From NCBI GenBank assembly GCA_024711295.1, contig JANJTB010000039.1, forward strand, positions 8,319 through 72,318: a stretch of DNA of 64,000 bases. Direction: 5' to 3'. This DNA is from a bacterium (GTDB taxonomy: Bacteria; Bacteroidota; Ignavibacteria; Kapaibacteriales; UBA2268). Both the position numbers and the translations under genes were made by a program. Numbering within the stretch: position 1 is the first letter of the stretch; each line of letters opens with the position of its first letter. This document shows, in pieces, positions 43,645-53,612 of this stretch. The notes under the pieces are model-generated. The model worked only from the letters and a program-made list of their open reading frames with translations, was not told where the DNA came from and searched no databases.

Positions 43645-44148
43645 TTGAAATCATATATAAAAGAAGTAATTATTATTTTGATTTTTTCTGTTTTGCTGGC
43701 TTTGGTTTATAATTATAATCAACCTAAGCCTCTACCATTGCTATACGCTAAGAAAGAATTAGGTGTTTATGATGATAAATTGCTTTTTGATAAGGCGAAG
43801 GAATCAGATAATTTAAAACAAGATGACAAAACCGTATCTTATGATCAAATGCTTAAAATTTTGGAAAATGAGAATGATTTTATAATAGTAGATGCCAGAA
43901 ATCATGACGACTGGAGTAAATCCCATATCGGAAATTCAATAAACATTTTTCCGTATGAGGAAGAAGCTGTTATGATGAATAAAATTCTTGATTTACCCCA
44001 GGATAAAAAGATAATTGTTTACTGTGATGGTGGAAATTGTGATTCAAGCCATAAGATTGCCGAAATTATGAATAATTTCGGGTATATTGATGTCTTTATT
44101 TATAGTGGTGGCTGGGATGAATGGTCTAAAAAAAGAGGAATTCAATAG
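43645..44148 (+). CDS. Membrane-anchored rhodanese-like protein
   Basis: N-terminal TM; IVDARN, HIGNSINI, IIVYCDGGNC, YSGGWDEW. Confidence 0.88.
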   Translation: MKSYIKEVIIILIFSVLLALVYNYNQPKPLPLLYAKKELGVYDDKLLFDKAKESDNLKQDDKTVSYDQMLKILENENDFIIVDARNHDDWSKSHIGNSINIFPYEEEAVMMNKILDLPQDKKIIVYCDGGNCDSSHKIAEIMNNFGYIDVFIYSGGWDEWSKKRGIQ

Positions 44149-44154
44149 TAGAAT

Positions 44155-45360
44155 ATGGAAAATCTTCAATTTGATAGATATTTTTTTGAGGAAGTAAAGA
44201 AAAGATATGGTATAATTGGGAATTCCGACCATATTAATGCTGCTGTCCATACTTTGATGCAAGCAGCACCTACAGACCTTTCTGTACTAATTACAGGTGA
44301 AACGGGAACCGGCAAAGAAGTATTTGCCAATGCTGTTCACAGATTAAGTAAAAGAAGTAAATTCCCATTTGTTAGTGTTAATTGTGGTGCTATACCTGAG
44401 ACTTTACTTGAAAGTGAACTCTTTGGTAATGAAAAGGGTGCTTTTACGGGTGCTGTTGAGCAACGTATCGGCTTTTTTGAAACAGCCAATAAAGGTACGA
44501 TATTCTTGGACGAAATTGGTGAAATGCCTATTGGAACTCAGGTCAAATTACTAAGGGTGCTTGAGTCAGGTGAGTTCTCAAGACTAGGTTCATCAATGGT
44601 GCACAAAGTTGATGTGCGTGTTATAGCAGCAACTAACAGAGATTTAGAGCTTTTTGTAGAACAGCGGAAGTTTAGAAGGGATTTGTATTATCGTTTAAAT
44701 CAAGTACAAATCAAATTGCCTGAACTTCGAAATCACCCTCAGGATATTCCTTTATTGGTTGAACATTTCGGAGTAAAAGTAGCTGAGAAGCTAAATTTAA
44801 AATACTCAGGTATTAGCAGTGATGCCTTGAGTATTCTTAAAAGTTTGCCATGGACGGGAAATGTAAGAGAATTAAAAAATATGATAGATACAGTAATCAC
44901 ACTTGAAAAAGGTGCTTACATCACTCCCGAGAATTTAAGAAAATATATTCCACCTGCACTCCCGGCTTATCATTCAAAAATAATGCATAGTGATGAATCT
45001 CTGGTTCAATTACCAAAAGATGAAGTTGGGACAAATGAGTTATTCCTGATTTTTAAAAGTCTGTTGGATATTAAATCCGAAATCAACGAAGTCAAGAGAG
45101 CTATCTTTGATATTTCGCTTAACATGGACAGATTGAGCGATTCATTCGAAAACAGTAATATTCAGACCGCACAGGAGATCAAAACGCCTGATGAAATTCT
45201 TGATGGATTCGATAGTCTAAACCTTGACCAACTCGAAAAGAAAATGATAATTCTTGCATTGAACCGTTCGAATGGAAACAGAAGACAAGCTGCTGATTTA
45301 TTAGGCATCAGCGAACGAACATTATACAGAAAATTTGCAGAATATGGTATTGATAATTAA
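44155..45360 (+). CDS. Sigma-54-dependent enhancer-binding protein with no N-terminal regulatory domain
   Basis: Walker [22 protein letters not shown], Walker [24 protein letters not shown]-terminal Fis [18 protein letters not shown]. Confidence 0.95.
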   Translation: MENLQFDRYFFEEVKKRYGIIGNSDHINAAVHTLMQAAPTDLSVLITGETGTGKEVFANAVHRLSKRSKFPFVSVNCGAIPETLLESELFGNEKGAFTGAVEQRIGFFETANKGTIFLDEIGEMPIGTQVKLLRVLESGEFSRLGSSMVHKVDVRVIAATNRDLELFVEQRKFRRDLYYRLNQVQIKLPELRNHPQDIPLLVEHFGVKVAEKLNLKYSGISSDALSILKSLPWTGNVRELKNMIDTVITLEKGAYITPENLRKYIPPALPAYHSKIMHSDESLVQLPKDEVGTNELFLIFKSLLDIKSEINEVKRAIFDISLNMDRLSDSFENSNIQTAQEIKTPDEILDGFDSLNLDQLEKKMIILALNRSNGNRRQAADLLGISERTLYRKFAEYGIDN

Positions 45361-45386
45361 TACTTTTCCACAAAAAACAAATAAAA

Positions 45387-45418
45387 TTTGATTATCTACG
45401 AAAAACATCATAATTTTG
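45387..45418 (+). promoter_or_regulatory. Bacteroidota-type housekeeping promoter for secDF
   Basis: TTTG at 45387-45390, 20-nt spacer, TAATTTTG at 45411-45418. Confidence 0.65.
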
Positions 45419-45481
45419 TAGTTCTGTAAAAATACATTTCAAAGAAAGTAAAATTATTGATGTTAATATCGGAGTATTTAA

Positions 45482-47599
45482 TTGAAAAATAATTGGGGTA
45501 AATTGCTGCTGGTGTTATTGCCGGTAGTTGCGGCAATTGCTGTCATGATCCCTACATATCAGGCAGGACAGCTTGAAACCAAAGAGAAAGAAGCAAGGCT
45601 CAGAGCCAAGCAAGCGGGTAATTCCGAAGATTCTCTCAAAATTATTGAAGAGTTTAAAAACAAATACGGTCAGGATTTAATTGATTACAAAAAAAATCAG
45701 TTAAAATTAGGCTTGGACTTACGTGGCGGGATGTATGTTACTCTTGAAGTAGATATCATTAAATTGATTGAAGAAAGTGCTCAAAGCGAATCAGTTGATG
45801 AATACTTTAATGCGGTCATAAACAAAACCAAAGAAGAAGTTGCAAAATCAGATCAGGATGCTTTAGACATATTCCTCAAAAATTTCAATGAAATAGCACG
45901 TCCTAAGGGTAAGTCGCTTATTTCTTACTTCGATATAGGTGATTTTAGGGATGCGTCAGAAGAGAAAATCATCGAAAAACTACGTAAAAATGCAGATGAC
46001 GCTATCGATCAGGCACAAGAAGTAATCAGACAACGTATTGACCAATTTGGTGTATCAGAACCAAATATTCAGAAAGTCGGTACAAGCAGAATTATTCTTG
46101 AACTTCCCGGTGTTGAAAATCAAGACCAAATGAGAAGTTTGCTGCAAACTACTGCCAGATTGGAATTCCATTTGGTAAAGAACAATGCTGATATCGTTAG
46201 AGCATTTACAAGAATTGATAAATATTTATCTGAAATCTTAAAAAAACGCCGTGGTATTGAAGTATCAGAACCTGTTAAAGATTCAGTTAGTGTTGCTGTT
46301 GATTCTGCCAAAGCCCAGGCTGATGTAGTCGCGGACACAACAAAAACTGCTTCTGATTCAACAATGGCTGCTGATACAACTAAGAAACAAAAAGATACAA
46401 ACAATCCTTATGAGGGAATGAGCGAAGATCAAATTCGTAAAAAGCACCTCGAAGATCATCCATTTACAACTTTATTTGCAACATATTACGTACCACCTCA
46501 GGAAAATGCACGTTGGATTGAATACTACTATACAACTGATAATGTGCCACAAGAAGGTGAGTTCTCATTTAGAATATTGAAAGACTCAATGGACAAGTTT
46601 TATGAAATTCTTAACAGACCAGAAATAAAACCATTTATTCCATTGGATTACAAAATTACTGTTGAAGCTAAACCTGATAAAAGAATGCTTGAACAGTCAC
46701 AAATTGAAGTTTACGAATTCTATTGCTTGAAAAGAGAGCCAGAACTTACAGGTGAAGTTATTACTGACGCTATGCAGTCATTTGACCCAACATCTAACGC
46801 TCCTATAGTAAATATGGCTATGAATGATGACGGAGCTGAAAGATGGGCAAGAATTACCGGTGCTAACCTAAAGAAAAGAATTGCTATTGTTCTTGATGAC
46901 AGAGTTTATTCTGCTCCTGTTGTTCAAGCCAAAATTACCGGTGGTCGTTCTCAAATTTCAGGTATGTCGAACTCAGAAGAAGCTAGATTATTAGAAGTTG
47001 TATTAAAAGCAGGTGCCTTGAAAGCTCCTGTACAAATCATTGAAGAGAGAATCGTAGGTCCATCACTCGGTCAAGATTCTATTAATGCCGGATTTACTGC
47101 CTCATTAGCAGCATTCTTGCTTGTGATAATATACATGATTTTATACTACAACAAAGGTGGTTTGGTAGCTGATTTTGCAGTATTGCTTAATATTACATTG
47201 ATAATTTCTGCATTAGCTGCATTGAAAGGAACTTTAACTTTGCCTGGTATCGCAGGTATTGTGTTGACAATGGGTATGGCTGTGGATGCGAACGTGTTGA
47301 TATTTGAGCGTATCCGTGAAGAACTTGCAAAAGGCCGTTCATTACGATCTGCAATTGATGAAGGTTTTAGCAAAGCTCTAAGTGCAATTGTGGATGGTAA
47401 CATAACTACAGGTATTACTGCGTTTATTTTACTTGTATTTGGCAGTGGCCCAATCCAAGGTTTTGCTACTACATTACTTATTGGTATTTTGACTACTTTG
47501 TTTACTGGTATTTTAATAACACGTGCACTTATTGAAATCGTTCTTTCTAAAGGTGCTACAGAATTTAGTTTCGGTCAACCAAAAGCTGAGCAAGCTTAA
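45482..47599 (+). CDS. secD: Protein translocase subunit SecD
   Basis: LGLDLRGG, RIDQFGVSEP, AIVLDD.VYSAP, VGPSLGQDSI, LTLPGIAG, GMAVDANVLIFERIREE. Confidence 0.98.
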   Translation: MKNNWGKLLLVLLPVVAAIAVMIPTYQAGQLETKEKEARLRAKQAGNSEDSLKIIEEFKNKYGQDLIDYKKNQLKLGLDLRGGMYVTLEVDIIKLIEESAQSESVDEYFNAVINKTKEEVAKSDQDALDIFLKNFNEIARPKGKSLISYFDIGDFRDASEEKIIEKLRKNADDAIDQAQEVIRQRIDQFGVSEPNIQKVGTSRIILELPGVENQDQMRSLLQTTARLEFHLVKNNADIVRAFTRIDKYLSEILKKRRGIEVSEPVKDSVSVAVDSAKAQADVVADTTKTASDSTMAADTTKKQKDTNNPYEGMSEDQIRKKHLEDHPFTTLFATYYVPPQENARWIEYYYTTDNVPQEGEFSFRILKDSMDKFYEILNRPEIKPFIPLDYKITVEAKPDKRMLEQSQIEVYEFYCLKREPELTGEVITDAMQSFDPTSNAPIVNMAMNDDGAERWARITGANLKKRIAIVLDDRVYSAPVVQAKITGGRSQISGMSNSEEARLLEVVLKAGALKAPVQIIEERIVGPSLGQDSINAGFTASLAAFLLVIIYMILYYNKGGLVADFAVLLNITLIISALAALKGTLTLPGIAGIVLTMGMAVDANVLIFERIREELAKGRSLRSAIDEGFSKALSAIVDGNITTGITAFILLVFGSGPIQGFATTLLIGILTTLFTGILITRALIEIVLSKGATEFSFGQPKAEQA

Positions 47600-47630
47600 T
47601 TAGGTTCATTAAAGGAAGGAATATAAAACT

Positions 47631-48572
47631 ATGCAATATTTTAGTAAAACTGATATTAACTTTGTAGGATTGAGACATTTCTTTACAAAATTCTCTCTTG
47701 CTTTAACAATTTTGGGATTGGCTGCAACCTTCATTCTCAAACCTGTCTTGGGTATTGATTTCAAGGGTGGTGCAGAGGTTGCTGTCGAGATTTCTGGAAA
47801 TCCTTCAATTTCTGACATTCGTAATGTTATTAATAAAGCAGGAATTAAAGGTACAGAAATTAAATCGTTTGGTGAAGCCGACCAGTTCTTAATTCGTATT
47901 ATGGATGCCACTAATGGACCTGATTTGATTAACAATGCTTTAAAATCAGGCTTCCCAAATAATAACATTACTATGCTAAAAGTTGATAAAATTGGTCCGA
48001 AGATCGGCGCTGAGTTATTTATTGAAGCCATTTGGGCTGTAATTCTTGCTGTCATTGCTATACTTATTTATATAGCATTCAGATTTGAGTTTAATTTTGG
48101 TATAGGTGCGATTATTGCTTTGGTACATGACGTTGTTGTTACTTTTTCTTTAATTGTGGTAGTTCACCATTTAGGTTTAGTTGACCTAGAATTAAATCAG
48201 TCCATTTTAGCTGGTTTGCTTACGGTTGTTGGTTATTCTATCAATGATACGGTAATTATTTTTGACCGTATTCGTGAGAATAAAGAAAAACATAAAGGTA
48301 TGAATTTTGTGAAAATGGTAAATATGAGTCTAAATGAAACTCTCAGCCGTACAGTAAATACTACTACAACTACAATTTTAGTATTGTTGATATTATTTGT
48401 CTTTGGTGGTCCAGTATTGCAAGGATTTGCATTTACCATGTTATTTGGTATTATATTCGGTACATACTCATCAATTTATATTGCAAGTAATTTTGTAATT
48501 TGGAGACATGAGCAAATTGAGAAAAATAATACAGATGCAGGCAAAGCAACTAAAAAATTAGCAACTGCTTAA
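47631..48572 (+). CDS. secF: Protein translocase subunit SecF
   Basis: GIDFKGG, IGPKIG.EL, ALVHDV, GYSINDTVIIFDRIRE, ETLSRT, GTYSSIYIA. Confidence 0.98.
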   Translation: MQYFSKTDINFVGLRHFFTKFSLALTILGLAATFILKPVLGIDFKGGAEVAVEISGNPSISDIRNVINKAGIKGTEIKSFGEADQFLIRIMDATNGPDLINNALKSGFPNNNITMLKVDKIGPKIGAELFIEAIWAVILAVIAILIYIAFRFEFNFGIGAIIALVHDVVVTFSLIVVVHHLGLVDLELNQSILAGLLTVVGYSINDTVIIFDRIRENKEKHKGMNFVKMVNMSLNETLSRTVNTTTTTILVLLILFVFGGPVLQGFAFTMLFGIIFGTYSSIYIASNFVIWRHEQIEKNNTDAGKATKKLATA

Positions 48573-48586
48573 TAAAAAAATCAAAT

Positions 48587-48937
48587 ATGAACAATTCCGA
48601 ATATACATATAATAAAATTTCTGAGACTTTATATTCAATTAAGCTTAAGAAATCTGTTTTAGGCGGAAATGATGCTCTTGAATTTACTAATATTGTACAT
48701 CATTTGATTGACAATAACGTAAAGTACTTTGTTATAGACCTTTTTGAAGTAGAAATAATGAATAGTGCAGGTATAGGCATGATTGCAAATGCTCTTTCTA
48801 TTTCTCAAAAGCATAATTTGGAAATGTTTCTGATTAATGTTCCTGATAAAATACTAAAACTATTTGGGATTACACACTTAGATAAGGTTTTTAAGATATA
48901 TTCCAATATAGACGAAGTTTTGAGTCAGATAAAATAA
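48587..48937 (+). CDS. STAS-domain anti-sigma factor antagonist
   Basis: VIDL..V..MNSAGIG (phospho-Ser motif), LFGITHLDKVF.IY. Confidence 0.88.
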   Translation: MNNSEYTYNKISETLYSIKLKKSVLGGNDALEFTNIVHHLIDNNVKYFVIDLFEVEIMNSAGIGMIANALSISQKHNLEMFLINVPDKILKLFGITHLDKVFKIYSNIDEVLSQIK

Positions 48938-48988
48938 TTCTAACAACAATTATCAGGGCTTGATCATTAGTACTGTACTCATTTTTGA

Positions 48989-50338
<1,350 letters not shown>

Positions 50339-50479
50339 AATGTTGATAAAAAATCAGAAAAATTAAGCAATAAATTTTTATCAATTCGTTAAAGTATGTT
50401 TTATACTTTGTAGTAACATTATTTTTTTCGAAAATAGAAACTACATTTTAGCTACATTTATTTAAGAGCGGAGCTTATT

Positions 50480-51172
50480 ATGGCAAAGAAAGTTACAAAA
50501 AAGGAATCAGACGAAGCAGAAGTAAAAGCTACTGCAAAGAAAACCGGTGATAAAAAGGAAGTAAAACCTAAATCTTCACCAGTTAAAGATAATGTTAAAG
50601 TTATGGAAAAGTCCGCTGATTCTTTAGAGTCCACAGCTAAGAAAAGCTCTGGTACTAAGAAAAAAGCTGAAACTACCGTTAATGAAGTTATATCTGCACC
50701 TGACGTTAAAAAAGTAGAGAAACCTGCAGAATCTGTTGCCGCTCCATCAGGTGCTCCTATCAGATATTCTGATGAAGATTTGGATATGTTTGCAGGCGTC
50801 ATAAACGAAGCTAAAACCGAAGCACTCGAAGAATTAAGAATGCTAAAAGAAAGACTCGAGGATTTGACCAGCTTTGATGCAGGCGAAGAGTCTATGATTT
50901 ATTCTATGCACATGGCAGAGCAAGGTTCTGAAGCACAAGAGAAAGAAAAAACCTATGCTCAGATTCAACGTATCAGCGAGCATATCAAAAAACTTGATGA
51001 TGCTATGGATAGAATTCGAAACAAAACTTATGGTATTTGTAGGGTTTGCGGCTGTTTGATTGCAAAAGAAAGATTATTAGCAGTTCCAATCACTACATTA
51101 TCTGCTGCTTACAAGATACATTCAAAATGTCCTGATGACGGAATTGATAAAATTGAGCCTGTAAAAATATAA
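50480..51172 (+). CDS. dksA: DksA/TraR-family protein with Lys/Ala-rich N-terminal extension
   Basis: RYSDEDL..F, HMAEQGS, AMDRI.NKTYGICRVC..LI.KERLLAVP, typical of Bacteroidota DksA-like proteins. Confidence 0.85.
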   Translation: MAKKVTKKESDEAEVKATAKKTGDKKEVKPKSSPVKDNVKVMEKSADSLESTAKKSSGTKKKAETTVNEVISAPDVKKVEKPAESVAAPSGAPIRYSDEDLDMFAGVINEAKTEALEELRMLKERLEDLTSFDAGEESMIYSMHMAEQGSEAQEKEKTYAQIQRISEHIKKLDDAMDRIRNKTYGICRVCGCLIAKERLLAVPITTLSAAYKIHSKCPDDGIDKIEPVKI

Positions 51173-51176
51173 TTTT

Positions 51177-51207
51177 TTTGCTATTTCAATTTTTTTTCAT
51201 ATTTTTG
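51177..51207 (+). promoter_or_regulatory. Bacteroidota-type housekeeping promoter for the small ribosomal-protein operon
   Basis: TTTG at 51177-51180, 19-nt spacer, TATTTTTG at 51200-51207. Confidence 0.65.
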
Positions 51208-51245
51208 TAGTTCGTAAAATTAGTAATTAATAAATTTGGTGCAAC

Positions 51246-51419
51246 ATGGCAAAAGCACAAACCTTTGGTGATAAGCTTAAGAAGAAAAAAGAAGAAATTA
51301 AACCAGTTGTTAAGGTTATTAAAGGGTTTAAGGGTAATGACGGCTCTGTGAAATTTGTAGAGCAGTTCATGAAATTAGACGACCTAAATCAAGTTGACAA
51401 AATAGATATTAATAGGTAA
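51246..51419 (+). CDS. 57-aa basic protein, DUF4295 / ribosomal protein bL38-like (absent from the ORF track)
   Basis: Manual translation MAKAQTFGDKLKKKKEEIKPVVKVIKGFKGNDGSVKFVEQFMKLDDLNQVDKIDINR; fills the gap between the promoter and rpmE (6-bp spacing). Confidence 0.75.
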   Translation: MAKAQTFGDKLKKKKEEIKPVVKVIKGFKGNDGSVKFVEQFMKLDDLNQVDKIDINR

Positions 51420-51425
51420 AATAAA

Positions 51426-51668
51426 ATGAAAAAAGGTATTCATCCATATTATCACACTGTTGATGTTGTAATGACTGATGGTACAACATTCAAGACTCGT
51501 TCTTGCTACAAAAGTGAAAAAATGGTGCTTGAAATTGACTCCAAATCACATCCTTTCTTTACCGGCAAGCAAGTACTTGTTGATACTGCAGGTAGAGTTG
51601 ACAGATTTAATAAGAGATTTGCAAAAGCTCAGGAAATGATGGATTCAAGAAAAAAGGAGAGTAAATAA
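51426..51668 (+). CDS. rpmE: 50S ribosomal protein L31, zinc-ligand-free form
   Basis: [31 protein letters not shown]. Confidence 0.97.
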   Translation: MKKGIHPYYHTVDVVMTDGTTFKTRSCYKSEKMVLEIDSKSHPFFTGKQVLVDTAGRVDRFNKRFAKAQEMMDSRKKESK

Positions 51669-51937
51669 TGAACAACGCTATTCACCCAATGCAAACCGGA
51701 AATACTTTCAAACCTAATAAGAAAACCGGTAAGAAAAAGCAAAATCCTCTTAAAAAACAGCGTTTTGTTGATTACTTAGATGCTAAATATTTGGGTAGGT
51801 TTACTAATGACCAAGGTAAAATTCTTCCAAGAAGAATTACTGGTGTTACTGCTTATCAGCAAAGACTAATATCTAGAGCTGTTAAATATGCAAGACATCT
51901 TGCATTAATGCCATTTGTTGCTCAAGATATAAACTAA
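51668..51937 (+). CDS. rpsR: 30S ribosomal protein S18, cysteine-free form
   Basis: VDY.D...L.RF.NDQGKILPRRITG....QR....AVK.ARHLALMPFV; TAATG overlap with rpmE. Confidence 0.96.
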   Translation: MNNAIHPMQTGNTFKPNKKTGKKKQNPLKKQRFVDYLDAKYLGRFTNDQGKILPRRITGVTAYQQRLISRAVKYARHLALMPFVAQDIN

Positions 51938-51958
51938 AAGTAAACACAAATTTTATAT

Positions 51959-51990
51959 AAAAGGATTGATAAATGTCAATCCTTTTTTTT
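51959..51990. terminator. Bidirectional terminator between rpsR and the kinase gene
   Basis: AAAAGGATTGA-taaatg-TCAATCCTTTT followed by a T-run. Confidence 0.85.
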
Positions 51991-53141
51991 TATTTTGGTA
52001 CAGTAATGTAAAAAGTAGTACCTTCTCCTTGTTTACTTGTAGCATAAATTTCGCCTTTCATTTTGTCAATAAATTCCTTGCATAAGATTAGGCCAAGCCC
52101 GGTTCCCATTTCTTTGTCTGTACCTTCAGTTGAAATATTTTGGTCTATCCTGAATAAATTTAACAATTGAAATTCACTCATACCTACACCATTGTCAGCT
52201 ACTCGGATCATGATTTTGTCGCCGACAATATCATCTGAAATTGTAATCAATCCACCAAAGTTTGTAAATTTAATAGCGTTTGAAATTAAGTTTCTGATTA
52301 CTGTGGTAAGCAAGTTTACATCTGCATTCACAAAAACGTTGCTGTTTACCTTATTTTCAATTTGTATGGACTTTTTATCTGCATTAATTTGCTTTGATCT
52401 GATTACTTCGCTAATAAATGGTTTGATATCAATCCTTGTAATGTTCACTTTTATAGCACCTCTTTGTGAGCGTGACCAATCAAGTAGATTTCTTAATAAA
52501 TTATAGGAATTCTCGGAATAAGCCAAGATTCTTTTAATCCAGGAAAGACGCTCATCTTCAGTAAAATCCTCATAACTATCAGCCATTAGGCTAAGTATTT
52601 CTTTAAAACTGCCGATTGGATTTATTAAGTCATGTGCTATGATTGAGAAAAATTTATCTTTTGTAGCATTTGATAACTGTAATTGCTTCTGTGATTCTAA
52701 CAAAGATGCTTCAGATATTTTAAGAGCATTTTTCTCTTGAATTAGTTGCCGTGTCAAATTACTATTTTCAATATTTAGATTTCTTATTATTCTATTTTGT
52801 TCTACTAATTCACTTATGTCAAGTTCGCCCAATAACAAAACACTATCATTTTTCCGAAATAATTTTCCCATTATCGAAATATTATCAATAGAATGAATTG
52901 AGCCCATAGTAATGATACCTTCAAAAAAGTTTCCATTATGCTCATCTGAGAGAATATATTTCAAACTTGGATTAATAAAGAAGTCTTTAAGGTGATCATC
53001 CTTCAAATAACTTAAGGATTGATTTGTATAAAGGAGTTCACCTTTGTTTGAAATGCAAGCTACAAAAATGGCATTACCATTTTCTATATATGGCAAGATT
53101 TCATCTTTCCAATTTTTTATGATATCATCAATTTTTAGCAT
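51990..53141 (-). CDS. Soluble sensor histidine kinase with N-terminal PAS-like domain and coiled coil
   Basis: H-box FSIIAHDLINP, N-box IRNLISNAIKFT, G-boxes DNGVGM and GTGLGL; no TM. Likely start is ATG 53141, 7 bp after the upstream stop. Confidence 0.93.
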   Translation of the reverse strand: MLKIDDIIKNWKDEILPYIENGNAIFVACISNKGELLYTNQSLSYLKDDHLKDFFINPSLKYILSDEHNGNFFEGIITMGSIHSIDNISIMGKLFRKNDSVLLLGELDISELVEQNRIIRNLNIENSNLTRQLIQEKNALKISEASLLESQKQLQLSNATKDKFFSIIAHDLINPIGSFKEILSLMADSYEDFTEDERLSWIKRILAYSENSYNLLRNLLDWSRSQRGAIKVNITRIDIKPFISEVIRSKQINADKKSIQIENKVNSNVFVNADVNLLTTVIRNLISNAIKFTNFGGLITISDDIVGDKIMIRVADNGVGMSEFQLLNLFRIDQNISTEGTDKEMGTGLGLILCKEFIDKMKGEIYATSKQGEGTTFYITVPK

Positions 53142-53148
53142 TTTTTTA

Positions 53149-53610
53149 TCAATGTAAAGAGTTTGGGGCACTAATTTCAGTATCTGACAATTTTACAAAT
53201 GTTGGTATATTAACTTGAATCCACTCATAAAAAGGATAAATTTCCAAATATGCTTTTTCAGATAATTGATTCTTGAGAATAGACATCCATGAATTCATTT
53301 GTACTGCCCAGTAGTTCGAAGTAAATCCATGATTCCGGTAGGCTCTGAATACCCATGCCACAGTATCAACAAACACTTCAGGAATATAATATCTGAATAG
53401 TGAGCTCATAAATCTAATATGATTGGCATGGTTATCTTTCATCATCGAAACATTATCATCACCAACGATTTTAGAAATTTCATCTCTTTTTAACATACCA
53501 TTGTTTATTTCAGCCAACAAAATTTCAAAATTGGAATGATACTCTAAGTACGAAGTTTGTGAGGGTGATTTAATTTTTGAAGCTGTTTCTATTAAATAAT
53601 CTCTATTCAA
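53149..53610 (-). CDS. All-helical globin/phycobiliprotein-like hypothetical protein
   Basis: Strong SD (AAAAGGAG) before TTG; core MKDNHANHIRFMSSLF...FVDTVAWVFRAYRNHGF..YW. The ORF is well supported; the fold call is by eye. Confidence 0.6.
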   Translation of the reverse strand: MNRDYLIETASKIKSPSQTSYLEYHSNFEILLAEINNGMLKRDEISKIVGDDNVSMMKDNHANHIRFMSSLFRYYIPEVFVDTVAWVFRAYRNHGFTSNYWAVQMNSWMSILKNQLSEKAYLEIYPFYEWIQVNIPTFVKLSDTEISAPNSLH

Positions 53611-53612
53611 GT

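Noticed and set aside
51236..51251. Sigma-54 -24/-12 promoter (TTGGTGCAACATGGCA)
   Set aside because: GG-to-GC spacing is 9 nt rather than 10 and it overlaps the start codon.
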